DNA from: a virus
Strand: one strand, 5' to 3'
Virus record (IMG/VR): IMGVR_UViG_3300034101_003866
Location: 32,001-96,000 of that record
Length of the DNA: 64,000 bases
This document shows positions 27,156 to 36,741 of the stretch, in pieces. Every line of letters begins with the position of its first letter. The stretch's first letter is position 1. The notes under the pieces are model-generated. The model did no database searches. It was not told the DNA's origin and saw only the letters and a program-made list of their open reading frames with translations. A program made the position numbers and the translations under genes.

Positions 27156-29345
27156 ATGTCGGCACTTCAAGAACTTCAGAATTATACATTTGTTAGTAAG
27201 TATGCTCGTTGGATAGAAGATAAGAATCGCAGAGAAACTTGGAAGGAAGCTGTTGATCGCGTCAAGAACATGATGCATACCCAATATCCAGGCGTTAAAG
27301 AAGATATCGATTGGGCATACGATATGATGTATAAGAAGAAGGTTCTAGGTAGCCAGAGAGCGCTCCAATTTGGTGGCGAACCAATCCTAAAAAGACACGC
27401 CAAAATATATAACTGCACAAGCTCTTATTGTGACCGACTTCGCTTTTTCCAAGAGTGTTTCTGGCTACTCTTATGCGGTAGTGGAACAGGATTTAGTGTT
27501 CAAAAGCACCACGTTTCTAAACTACCAACATTAGAACATGAGATTCCTGACAATAACGAAGGAATCAAATATGTAATCGAAGACAGTATTGAAGGTTGGG
27601 CAGACGCTCTAGGTGTTCTTCTTAGCTCGTACTTTAGTAAGCCAATTGAAGAATTCAAAATGTACAAAAATACCTATGTTGTTTTTGATTATTCAAATAT
27701 TCGACCAAAAGGATCATCATTAGCTAGTGGAGTAGGAAAGGCTCCTGGATTCGAGCCACTACAAAATGGACTAGAGAAAATCAGAACTCTGCTAGATCGT
27801 TGTATTGCTAATGGTCAAAAGAAACTACGACCAGTTGATGCGTATGATATTGTTATGCATAGTAGTGATGCCGTTTTGAGCGGTGGAGTTAGACGCTCTG
27901 CTAGTCTTGCTTTGTTTAGTCCTGACGATGAAGAAATGGCAAAAGCAAAAACTGGTAATTGGTATATAGACAACCCACAAAGAGCACGAAGTAATAATTC
28001 GGCACTTCTACTTAAAAACGAAACAACACTGGAAGAGTTTCAAGAATTAATGGAGAGCGTTAAAGAATTCGGAGAACCCGGATTTATTTGGAGCGACTCA
28101 ACAGAAATGACATTTAATCCTTGCGTAGAAGTTGGAATGTGGCCAGTTGATGAAGAGACTGGAAAGAGCGGATGGCAGGGATGTAATCTGTCTACTATCA
28201 ACTGCTCATCTATTGAAGATGAAGATGATTTTTATGAAAGATGCAAAGCCGCTGCTATTATAGGAACTCTACAAGCTGGATTCACTAAGTTAGATTATCT
28301 TGGAGAGATTACTTGCAGAATCTTTGAAAGAGAAGCTCTACTCGGAGTTTCATTAACTGGAACAATGGAAAAGCATGATCTTATTCTTTCAGAAAAGGTT
28401 CTTCGTGCTGGAGCTAAGATTGCAGTTGAAACAAATAAAGATCTTTCCAAAAAGATCAAAATTAATCAAGCAGCAAGAGTAACTTGCTTAAAGCCAGAAG
28501 GAACAAGTTCTAGTATGCTTGGAACAAGCTCCGGTATCCACCCACATCATGCTAAACGATATATAAGACACGTACAGGCCAATGTTTTAGAAGCGCCTTA
28601 CCAACACTTCAAAAAACTAAATCCGCAAGCCTGTGAAAAATCTAGTTGGTCAGCAAACAACACAGACGAGGTAATTAAGTTCCCAATAGAAGTACCAGAC
28701 GGTGCTAAATTAAAGAATCAACTACCGGCCGTTGAAATGTTGTCTATTGTCAAAGACACTCAAAAGAACTGGGTTCAAAGCGGCAAGAATAGATCGTTAT
28801 GTACACAAGAATATTTGAGTCATAATGTTAGCAATACTGTAACTGTTAAGCCAGATGAATGGGACGATGTTACAAAATATATTTATGATAATCGTAAGTA
28901 TTTTGCTGGTATCAGTTTAATTCCACAAAGTGGAGACAAAGACTATACTCAGGCTCCATTCACAACAGTTTATACTAGTCGTGAAATAGTTAAAGAATAT
29001 GGTGACGCTGCACTATGGTGCTCTGGATTAATTGAGTTAGGATTGAATGCTTTCAATAATAATCTATGGGCAGCCTGTGACTATGTTAGTATGAATCAAG
29101 CAAAAGATAATGATAGTCAAGATAAACTTTTATTTATAAATAAAATGAAAACCTTTGCTGGAAAATATTTTGATGGAGATACTAAGCGTCTAACATATTG
29201 CATGAAAGACGTTTACAATTGGAAAGTATACTGTGATCTTTATAATGGATTTAAGAAAGTAGACTATACACAACTATTAGAAGATGAAGACAATACTATC
29301 GGCATAGAAGAAATTAGTTGTGCTGGTGGTGCGTGTTTACTATAA
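27156..29345 (+). CDS. nrdJ: Class II (adenosylcobalamin) ribonucleotide reductase, RTPR-like
   Basis: IYNC, GSGTGFSV, GGVRRSA, RARSNNS, GEPG, FNPCVE, GCNL, KPEGT, C-terminal SCAGGAC; no small subunit adjacent. Confidence 0.9.
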   Translation: MSALQELQNYTFVSKYARWIEDKNRRETWKEAVDRVKNMMHTQYPGVKEDIDWAYDMMYKKKVLGSQRALQFGGEPILKRHAKIYNCTSSYCDRLRFFQECFWLLLCGSGTGFSVQKHHVSKLPTLEHEIPDNNEGIKYVIEDSIEGWADALGVLLSSYFSKPIEEFKMYKNTYVVFDYSNIRPKGSSLASGVGKAPGFEPLQNGLEKIRTLLDRCIANGQKKLRPVDAYDIVMHSSDAVLSGGVRRSASLALFSPDDEEMAKAKTGNWYIDNPQRARSNNSALLLKNETTLEEFQELMESVKEFGEPGFIWSDSTEMTFNPCVEVGMWPVDEETGKSGWQGCNLSTINCSSIEDEDDFYERCKAAAIIGTLQAGFTKLDYLGEITCRIFEREALLGVSLTGTMEKHDLILSEKVLRAGAKIAVETNKDLSKKIKINQAARVTCLKPEGTSSSMLGTSSGIHPHHAKRYIRHVQANVLEAPYQHFKKLNPQACEKSSWSANNTDEVIKFPIEVPDGAKLKNQLPAVEMLSIVKDTQKNWVQSGKNRSLCTQEYLSHNVSNTVTVKPDEWDDVTKYIYDNRKYFAGISLIPQSGDKDYTQAPFTTVYTSREIVKEYGDAALWCSGLIELGLNAFNNNLWAACDYVSMNQAKDNDSQDKLLFINKMKTFAGKYFDGDTKRLTYCMKDVYNWKVYCDLYNGFKKVDYTQLLEDEDNTIGIEEISCAGGACLL

Positions 29346-29373
29346 GAACAATTTTACAACTTATACTTATAAA

Positions 29374-29389
29374 GGTGTATTATTATACA
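29374..29389 (+). promoter_or_regulatory. GGTGTA-N6-TACA putative phage promoter
   Basis: GGTGTATTATTATACA, intergenic before phoH. Confidence 0.45.
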
Positions 29390-29427
29390 GTATTTTAATA
29401 CTCCTTATATAAGAAAAAGGGCACACA

Positions 29428-30159
29428 TTGAGAAAAACCAATAAAAACTCAAAGAAAAAAACTAAGGTTATTGATGCGACAAATAGTTTGGAACCCAAAG
29501 GAGCAGCTTATAGAAATCGATTAAAACCAAGAACAGAAAACCAAAAAGAATACATAAGGACTGTTGCAGAAAATACTATTACGTTTTGTCAGGGCTTAGC
29601 TGGTAGTGGTAAAACACACATTGCTATCGGAATGGCTCTTGAATATCTTTTAGACGAAAAAGTAAAAAAGATTATTATCACAAGACCAATATTAGAAGCC
29701 GGAGAAAAAATGGGATATCTCCCAGGATCAGCAGAAGAAAAATTACATCCTTATCTATTACCAATACTAGATGAAATTGGACACTTCATAAGTTCAGCAC
29801 ATTATGCTTCACTAAGATTGAATAATAAAGTTGAAGTAGTGCCACTTGGACTCATGAGAGGTCGTAATTTTCATAATGCTTTTATTGTTGCCGACGAGTG
29901 CCAGAACGCATCATATGAACAATTAAAAATGTTAATAACAAGAACAGGACAATCTAGTAAAATGGTTTTAACTGGTGACGTTGCTCAGTCTGACCTAAGC
30001 AGACATCTGCAAGGTGGTTTTAGCGATATGATATCGGCCCTTAATGGAGTTGAAGGTATAGGCTATTCTAAATTAGAAGCCTCAGATATTGTAAGAAATC
30101 CAATTATCTCTAAAATCTTATATAGACTTGATGACTATGAGCAGCAAAGCCGAAAATAG
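29428..30159 (+). CDS. phoH: PhoH family ATPase
   Basis: GLAGSGKT, IIITRP, GYLPG, MRGRNF, DECQN, LTGD..QSDL, DIVRNP. Confidence 0.95.
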   Translation: MRKTNKNSKKKTKVIDATNSLEPKGAAYRNRLKPRTENQKEYIRTVAENTITFCQGLAGSGKTHIAIGMALEYLLDEKVKKIIITRPILEAGEKMGYLPGSAEEKLHPYLLPILDEIGHFISSAHYASLRLNNKVEVVPLGLMRGRNFHNAFIVADECQNASYEQLKMLITRTGQSSKMVLTGDVAQSDLSRHLQGGFSDMISALNGVEGIGYSKLEASDIVRNPIISKILYRLDDYEQQSRK

Positions 30160-30727
30160 TAAATGCTTATTATTAAACGCAGACTATGCCCCTCTGAGAA
30201 TAATATCTTGGCAGAGGGCTATAGTTTGGTCTATTAGATATGAAGATAATAAAAATTACGGTATTGAAATATTATCCTATTATGAAGACAAGCATATTCA
30301 AGGATCTGCCGGAAAACAATATCCAGTTCCAGCAGTAGCTAAAACTATTAGGTTCTTTAATATGTATAATAGAAAGATTAGTTTTTCGAGACATAATTTA
30401 TTTATCAGAGATAATCATACATGTCAATATTGTGGAATTCAATTATGCTCCTCACAATTAACATATGATCATATAATTCCTAAATGTAGATTTAATGAGA
30501 ATAAAAAATTATCAACAAATTGGAACAACATAGTGACTGCCTGTAGACCTTGTAATCATAAAAAGGGTAATAGGACTCCAAAAGAAGCAGGAATGAGACT
30601 AATAAATTCACCAATAGAGCCAAATTACTCATTAGAGTACTTGCCTTGGTTTCAGGAAGTCTCTACTATAAGGGGTGGACCTTCGTATGAATTGTGGAAA
30701 CCTTTTATAAATATACAATATGCATGA
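30131..30727 (+). CDS. HNH endonuclease (McrA-like)
   Basis: LLLNADY.PL, RDNHTCQYCG, TYDHIIP, WNNIVTACRPCNHKKG.RTP. Confidence 0.9.
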   Translation: MTMSSKAENSKCLLLNADYAPLRIISWQRAIVWSIRYEDNKNYGIEILSYYEDKHIQGSAGKQYPVPAVAKTIRFFNMYNRKISFSRHNLFIRDNHTCQYCGIQLCSSQLTYDHIIPKCRFNENKKLSTNWNNIVTACRPCNHKKGNRTPKEAGMRLINSPIEPNYSLEYLPWFQEVSTIRGGPSYELWKPFINIQYA

Positions 30728-31127
30728 TTTTATTTTTAATTCCAAACCATCAGACATATCAGAGATGTTTTATTGTTTGAAGGGCAAAGAAGACTTTATT
30801 GATATCGATGGAAATCCCAGAGTATCAGATAAAGACTCTGACATCATAGCTGCTAAATGTATACAAAACAAAAAATCAAAAAGTTTTCAAGCAGCATCAA
30901 ATAATTATAGTTACTATATCAGAACAACCCCAAATGCCGCATTGTTTAATCCAATAGAAAAACTATCTCCAATTAAAGATAAACGACAATTTGATTTTAT
31001 AGATTCTACCTGTAAGGATAAGTGGATGTTTGTTGAGGTTGGGAAAACAACATTTGATAAGTATATAAAATTTCTAGTCACAAAAAACATTTCTTGGCTA
31101 AAGGAAGCCAATAGAGACTTGAAGTAA
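30720..31127 (+). CDS. Hypothetical protein, paralogue of 31816..32193
   Basis: Shares DFIF, YC..G.E, DG.PR, LFNP, FL.TKNISWL..A.R. Confidence 0.7.
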   Translation: MHDFIFNSKPSDISEMFYCLKGKEDFIDIDGNPRVSDKDSDIIAAKCIQNKKSKSFQAASNNYSYYIRTTPNAALFNPIEKLSPIKDKRQFDFIDSTCKDKWMFVEVGKTTFDKYIKFLVTKNISWLKEANRDLK

Positions 31128-31129
31128 TT

Positions 31130-31474
31130 ATGCCGACTTATTCATATGGTTGCGAAAAATGTAGTGCTGAATTTGAGCTATTCTTTTATATTAAAGACTA
31201 TCAAAGCAGCCCCAAATGTTCTGGTTGTGGATCCAAACAGACATACAGATGTTATGTTAAGGATGTAGCAACACAGAATACGTCTGTTAAAAAGTCAGAT
31301 ACAGAATTAAAAACTATTGGAGATTTAGCCAATAGGAATAGAGACAAAATGAGTGAAGACGAAAAGATCGCCTTGCATAATAAACATAATTCCTATAAAG
31401 AAGAACAGTCAGTTAACGAACTGCCAAAAGGAATGAAAAGACTAAAGAAACAACCAAAGATTAAGTGGACATGA
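31130..31474 (+). CDS. FmdB-family zinc-ribbon protein
   Basis: MPTYSY.CEKC..EFE ... PKCSGCGS. Confidence 0.8.
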   Translation: MPTYSYGCEKCSAEFELFFYIKDYQSSPKCSGCGSKQTYRCYVKDVATQNTSVKKSDTELKTIGDLANRNRDKMSEDEKIALHNKHNSYKEEQSVNELPKGMKRLKKQPKIKWT

Positions 31475-31475
31475 T

Positions 31476-31823
31476 ATGAAAGAAATAACACCAGAAGAAA
31501 AAGATAGTATTATTAATGCTCTTGACAGCATTAGAAAGCAGATGAGTGGTCAAGATTTATCAGACTATATTTCTAAAGATAATACTAAGCTCATAGAGTG
31601 TAAGCATGAGATAGTGATTAGTGTTGTTGCTAGTATTTTTGAAGAAGACGATACTGGTAATCTCATTGGAGCTAAAGAAATATCTAAAAAGAACTATCAT
31701 ATTCCAGTTCCGTCAAATAAAAGATATGAAGACTATCTACATGGATTTTTTAACTTTTTAGAAAATTGTATGTCATCATCATTAGAAAAAGCAGAAGAAC
31801 AAGAGGAAACAAAAAATGGATGA
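31476..31823 (+). CDS. Hypothetical protein
   Basis: 115-aa ORF in operon. Confidence 0.6.
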   Translation: MKEITPEEKDSIINALDSIRKQMSGQDLSDYISKDNTKLIECKHEIVISVVASIFEEDDTGNLIGAKEISKKNYHIPVPSNKRYEDYLHGFFNFLENCMSSSLEKAEEQEETKNG

Positions 31824-32193
31824 TTTTATTTTTAGTCCAAAACAAAAAACAGATTCGACAGATACCAACTATTATTGTATGGCTGGATCAGAAAACTATA
31901 CTGATGGAGATGGATTTCCAAGATCAGAAAAAGATGGAAAGAATGTTCTTGCTAAAAGAATATTCAAAACAAATTCTCAACCGCAATATTTTATTAAGAT
32001 ATCCAATAGCAATAAATTATTTAATCCTCTTGGAAGTGGACTAGACGAAAAGTCATATAGTATTGTTGATAATGTCTGTAGACCATCAGACAAGTTCAGA
32101 TCTGTTAATGAAAAAGTCTTTAATTTATATCTGAATTTTTTATCCACAAAGAACATATCATGGTTAACTAGAGCAGAAAGAGAGATTATATAA
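31816..32193 (+). CDS. Hypothetical protein, paralogue of 30720..31127
   Basis: Shared motifs as listed for 30720..31127; GAGG SD. Confidence 0.7.
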   Translation: MDDFIFSPKQKTDSTDTNYYCMAGSENYTDGDGFPRSEKDGKNVLAKRIFKTNSQPQYFIKISNSNKLFNPLGSGLDEKSYSIVDNVCRPSDKFRSVNEKVFNLYLNFLSTKNISWLTRAEREII

Positions 32194-32513
32194 TGCCCAA
32201 GCTAAATAAAACACAAAAATATGCAATACAATGGCTACACTCAACAGGATTAAGTTCCGACGCTATAGCAAAAGAACTAAACGTAACCACAGAACAGGTT
32301 GTTTCATTAATACCAAAAGTAGAAATAGCAGCAAGTCCAACAACAGCGACTATTCCTTCGGCAAAAGACTTGATGATAACACATACATCTGGCAAGAAGA
32401 TTAATTCTATTGCCATAATGACAAAAGAAGCATCACAGATTGGAGACGAATCTAAAAAGGCTGCTCCACAGATTAATGAAGATAAAAAAGGAATCTTTAG
32501 ACCAAAGAAATAA
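32193..32513 (+). CDS. HTH-containing protein
   Basis: GLSSDAIAKELNVTTEQV HTH-like segment. Confidence 0.55.
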   Translation: MPKLNKTQKYAIQWLHSTGLSSDAIAKELNVTTEQVVSLIPKVEIAASPTTATIPSAKDLMITHTSGKKINSIAIMTKEASQIGDESKKAAPQINEDKKGIFRPKK

Positions 32514-32514
32514 T

Positions 32515-32937
32515 ATGTATCCATCAAGATACTCAAATGGTAAAACCGTCTCTGCTGCTCAATACATAACAGAGTTGATATGTGAGCATAAGGCGACAAT
32601 GGAAAAATTAGATCTTCATTATAGATTTTGGACTAATAAAGAATGGTCAAAGTACTATAGAGATCAGATAGCAACAGCAAATAAACTATTAAAAAAATAT
32701 AGTGCCAAAGCTATTATCAGAGCATTAAATGATAAAAAGGCAGAAAGAATCTATTCTTTGCGAGCACCTCATCTATTGGCTATAATAGACCATCATGAAA
32801 CTCTGCTAGGATCAGAAAATACGGAGCTAAAAGAGAATATAGATAGATCAGAGAAAAAAACTTTTAGACATAAAACAAATACAAAACAAGGCATACTTTC
32901 TAAGTTAAAGGAATTAGATGATGGTAACAACTCTTAA
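32515..32937 (+). CDS. Hypothetical protein upstream of recA
   Basis: ATG 32515 (MYPSRYS...) just after the 32513 stop is preferred over TTG 32440. Confidence 0.6.
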   Translation: MYPSRYSNGKTVSAAQYITELICEHKATMEKLDLHYRFWTNKEWSKYYRDQIATANKLLKKYSAKAIIRALNDKKAERIYSLRAPHLLAIIDHHETLLGSENTELKENIDRSEKKTFRHKTNTKQGILSKLKELDDGNNS

Positions 32938-33940
32938 AGAAGATGTAATTAAAAACTTTGGTGATGAAATTATACTATCTGGTAATGCCATGGTAGACAA
33001 GAAAGTATTAACCATTCCTGTTAGTCCATCATTAGACATTGCTTTAAATGGTGGCATACCAGAAGGTAGCTTTGTTGTATTAACAGGACAGCCAAAATGT
33101 GGCAAAACAACAACATCATTAGCATTTTCAGCAACGGCACAAAAAAAAGAATATGCTCATGGCTCATTTAAAGATGGTCGCCAAGTGTACTACCTTAACA
33201 TTGAGGGTAGATTGAAGAAAAGGGATTTAGAAGGAATACCAGGATTAGACCTGAGCAGATTCCATATTATAGGAAGTCAACAAGGCAAGATTTTACACGG
33301 TGAAGAATATTTGCAAATTGGTGAAAGAATTATTAATGAAATACCCGGATGTGTTCTTATTATAGATTCATACTCTGCTCTGTGTACCGAAGCAGAAATC
33401 ACCAGCGATATGGATAAAATGCAAAGAGCAGACGGCGCTAAGCTATTAGCAAAATTTTGTCGCAAAGTGGCTAATGTTATTCCTGTTAATCGTAATATTG
33501 TTATAGGCATCACTCACTTAATGGGTAATCCGACAGGTTATGGAGCAGAGTTTAAGGAAAAAAGTGGTCAAGCTATTGCTTATCAGACTGATATTAAGCT
33601 CAGAGCCAAGACATTTAAACCGTGGATCGTTGGAACAGACAATACTCAAATAGGGCAGGAGATCGAATGGCAGGTGGTCTGTTCGGCACTTGGGCCTCCT
33701 GGCGCTGTGACAACTAGCTTTGTTAGATATGGTCAAGGAATTGATAAGTATACAGAATTGATCAATTTAGCATCTGATGTTGGTATTATCAATAAGGGTG
33801 GTGCTTGGTATACAATAACCGTGCTTGACGATAAGCCAAAATTTCAAGGCACAGAAAAAGTTAGAAATTTTCTATTAGAAAATAAAGAAGCATATGATCT
33901 GGTTGAAAAGTCTGTTAAAGAGGTTTTAGGTATTAAATAA
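32918..33940 (+). CDS. recA: RecA/UvsX-like recombinase
   Basis: SLDIALNGGIP.G, GQPKCGKTT Walker A, NIEGR, LIIDS Walker B, YGQGID, GGAWY. Confidence 0.92.
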   Translation: MMVTTLKEDVIKNFGDEIILSGNAMVDKKVLTIPVSPSLDIALNGGIPEGSFVVLTGQPKCGKTTTSLAFSATAQKKEYAHGSFKDGRQVYYLNIEGRLKKRDLEGIPGLDLSRFHIIGSQQGKILHGEEYLQIGERIINEIPGCVLIIDSYSALCTEAEITSDMDKMQRADGAKLLAKFCRKVANVIPVNRNIVIGITHLMGNPTGYGAEFKEKSGQAIAYQTDIKLRAKTFKPWIVGTDNTQIGQEIEWQVVCSALGPPGAVTTSFVRYGQGIDKYTELINLASDVGIINKGGAWYTITVLDDKPKFQGTEKVRNFLLENKEAYDLVEKSVKEVLGIK

Positions 33941-34360
33941 ATGATAGTTAAAGATCTGAATGGAAATGCGGCAAACTGGAACTTAACCGGACACATAGCG
34001 AAAGGTAGGGTTAAAGAAAAATCCTCCTTTCATTTGGCTGCTAGGAAGATATTAACAGAGATATTTCCAACACTCCAAATCCTAGAAGAAGTTCCTATAC
34101 CTTTAAGGAAATCAGAAACTCTATATTTAGACTTTTACCTTCCACTAATAAAAAGAGCAGTAGAAGTTCATGGTGAACAGCATTATAAGTTTATTCCATT
34201 CTATCATAGTTCTAAAATGAATTTCTTAAAAGCGCAAAAGAGAGACAATGAAAAAAGAGAATGGTGTGAAATAAATGGCATAAGTCACATTGTATTACCT
34301 CATTTTGAAAACGCAAATAAATGGAGAACATTAATAATATATGACAACCAGAACAGCTAA
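33941..34360 (+). CDS. Vsr/DUF559-like PD-(D/E)xK endonuclease
   Basis: LYLDFYLP, AVEVHGEQHY, RD..KREWC..NGI. Confidence 0.75.
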   Translation: MIVKDLNGNAANWNLTGHIAKGRVKEKSSFHLAARKILTEIFPTLQILEEVPIPLRKSETLYLDFYLPLIKRAVEVHGEQHYKFIPFYHSSKMNFLKAQKRDNEKREWCEINGISHIVLPHFENANKWRTLIIYDNQNS

Positions 34361-34838
34361 AGAAGATTTACAGCATTGGGATAATATTCTAGATGAATAC
34401 GAGTCATCAATAGCTCTACCCAAGTATTCTGCTCAATACGGAGTATCAGAGAGTGAGATTAACCAGTATTTAACAATGACACGAGACGAGCTTGAAAAGA
34501 TCTCGCCAGAAGATTGTGCTCAAATATCTTATAGATTAGCCCAATTCTCATTTCATGTTCAAAGAACAATAAATAGAGAAATTGCTAGATGCAATTGGTC
34601 AGAAGAATCTATAAAAGAAACAATAGCTGATGAGATCAATAATTATAAAGGATATGGTTTTATAGAAAAATCTCTACAAGCAATCAAACATAATGACAAA
34701 GCATCAGCATTAAATAGTATAAAGAAGTATGCTAAGCAAAGAATTGACAGATTATCATATATTGCCAATAGTATAAAAAATCTATCTGATATTATGATGG
34801 CTATACAAAGAACAAAGGTGCAACATGGACCCAAGTGA
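34341..34838 (+). CDS. Coiled-coil protein, possibly UvsY-like recombination mediator
   Basis: All-helical, located between recA and dnaB; function inferred from position only. Confidence 0.35.
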   Translation: MTTRTAKEDLQHWDNILDEYESSIALPKYSAQYGVSESEINQYLTMTRDELEKISPEDCAQISYRLAQFSFHVQRTINREIARCNWSEESIKETIADEINNYKGYGFIEKSLQAIKHNDKASALNSIKKYAKQRIDRLSYIANSIKNLSDIMMAIQRTKVQHGPK

Positions 34839-35268
34839 GATTTTAAAAAACCCAGAACAAATCAAGGCACTAATCTCTCTTTTACAGGGGTTGGTTGACC
34901 AAGCAACTCCAGAACAAGAGCCAGAAGAAGAGACCAAAAATAAAAGAGTGGCACCATCCAAATCAGGGTCTACTATAAAAACGAAAGGTGGTCAAAAAGT
35001 AGGAAACAACAAATCGATCAAATCCAAAAAAACACAGCCAACAAATATTAATGCATTTGAAAAAATGGCTGAGTTTAGAATGCACAAGGATGATTGTGCC
35101 ATAGATAAAAAACTATGCTCAAATCAGCCTGTAGCAAGGATGAGGGAATTTGAATTCGTTGATGTTGTTTGTCGTGTTTGTGGCAAAAAGGAAACTATTG
35201 CCCCATCCCTACTATTCGATGCTCCTTCTCGATATAAATGTAATAATTGTTCAACCCAATCTGGCTAA
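34825..35268 (+). CDS. Hypothetical protein with C-terminal zinc ribbon
   Basis: CRVCG...CNNC. Confidence 0.6.
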   Translation: MDPSEILKNPEQIKALISLLQGLVDQATPEQEPEEETKNKRVAPSKSGSTIKTKGGQKVGNNKSIKSKKTQPTNINAFEKMAEFRMHKDDCAIDKKLCSNQPVARMREFEFVDVVCRVCGKKETIAPSLLFDAPSRYKCNNCSTQSG

Positions 35269-35271
35269 AAT

Positions 35272-36741
35272 ATGATTTTGTGTGATCCGTCGGCAGAAAG
35301 AGCCATTCTTAGTGGTATCTTAAAGTATGGTGAGGATGCCTATTTGGATATCGCTGATATCTTGCAGGAATCTTCATTCACCATAGATAGTAATCAAATA
35401 ATATTCAAATGTCTGAAAAATATTTGTGAAAACGAACCAAAGACAAAAATTGATTTAGCATCGGTATATTCATCAGCACAAGAACTAGGTTTGTCTGAAG
35501 TTCTATCAAAAAAGGATGAGGCCCAGCATTTAAAGGCTATATTCGATTTTCCAGTTAATTTGGAAAATATTAGAAAATTCGCCTCCAAAATTAAGAAATT
35601 AGAAATAGCAAGACTTCTTCATAAGGAGATGGATCAGGTACAAGAAAGACTTCTTGATGTAACAGGAAGCGAATCTATATCTAATATTATAGGAATAGCA
35701 GAAGAATCCATATTTAGCTTTTCCTCTTCACTATCTAACGAGAGTGATGCTGCCCCAGCATTTATTGCTGGAGATATTGATAACTATATAGAATTTCTAC
35801 AAACAAACAAGGTAGATCAAATTGGAATATCCACTGGATTTCCTGTTTATGATCAGGCTATTGGCGGAGGATTAAGAAAAGGCACAGTTAATGTTATTGC
35901 TGCCAGACCAAAGGTTGGTAAAACATTACTCTCTGATAATATTGGGTACTATATAGCAAGCAAATTAAAAATTCCAGTTTTGAATATGGATACTGAAATG
36001 ACAAGAGAAGACCATATTCATAGAATTCTTGCTATGTCATCTGAAATTGAGATTAATAAGATTGAGACCGGTAAATTCTCTGATACTCCAAGCACTTTCT
36101 CCAAGATACAAGAGGCTATCAAAGAGTTAAAAGAAAGTCGCTTATATCATAAGAGTATTGCTGGTAAGCCGTTTGAAGAACAACTATCTATAATGCGAAG
36201 ATGGTTGGTCAAAGAAGTTGGACTTAATGACGATGGGACAGCAAAGGATTGCGTTATAATATATGACTATCTAAAGCTGATGGATAGTGCGGGAATAAAC
36301 CAAGACATGAAAGAGTATCAGGTTCTTGGTTTCATGATGACTGCGCTTCATAACTTTGCTATACAGTATAAGGTTCCAATCTTATCATTCATCCAGTTAA
36401 ATAGAGACGGAATCACAAAAGAAAGTACCGACACGGCCAGCGGATCTGACCGTATTATATGGTTGTGTAGCAACTTTACTATTTTCAAAAGAAAGAGCGA
36501 TGAAGAAATCGCTGAAGATGGACAAGACGCTGGTAATAGAAAATTAGTACCCTTAATTAGCAGACACGGAGGAGGACTAGATGACAATGATTATATTAAT
36601 TGTCACATGAAAGGGTGGTGTGCTAAGATAACAGAGGGTAAAACTAGACTAGAATTAATGAGTGGATCGAATAAACAAAAGGACGGTTTCATAGTCGATG
36701 AAAACAATAATGAAGAAGAAAACGAAATACCATTCGTATGA
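35272..36741 (+). CDS. dnaB: Replicative DnaB-like helicase
   Basis: AERAILS, GISTGF..D..IGGG, ARPKVGKT, DTEM, YDYL, QLNR, SRHG. Confidence 0.95.
   Translation: MILCDPSAERAILSGILKYGEDAYLDIADILQESSFTIDSNQIIFKCLKNICENEPKTKIDLASVYSSAQELGLSEVLSKKDEAQHLKAIFDFPVNLENIRKFASKIKKLEIARLLHKEMDQVQERLLDVTGSESISNIIGIAEESIFSFSSSLSNESDAAPAFIAGDIDNYIEFLQTNKVDQIGISTGFPVYDQAIGGGLRKGTVNVIAARPKVGKTLLSDNIGYYIASKLKIPVLNMDTEMTREDHIHRILAMSSEIEINKIETGKFSDTPSTFSKIQEAIKELKESRLYHKSIAGKPFEEQLSIMRRWLVKEVGLNDDGTAKDCVIIYDYLKLMDSAGINQDMKEYQVLGFMMTALHNFAIQYKVPILSFIQLNRDGITKESTDTASGSDRIIWLCSNFTIFKRKSDEEIAEDGQDAGNRKLVPLISRHGGGLDDNDYINCHMKGWCAKITEGKTRLELMSGSNKQKDGFIVDENNNEEENEIPFV

Noticed and set aside
27156-36741. Inteins or introns in nrdJ, recA and dnaB
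   Set aside because: All three read continuously through their conserved motifs at normal length
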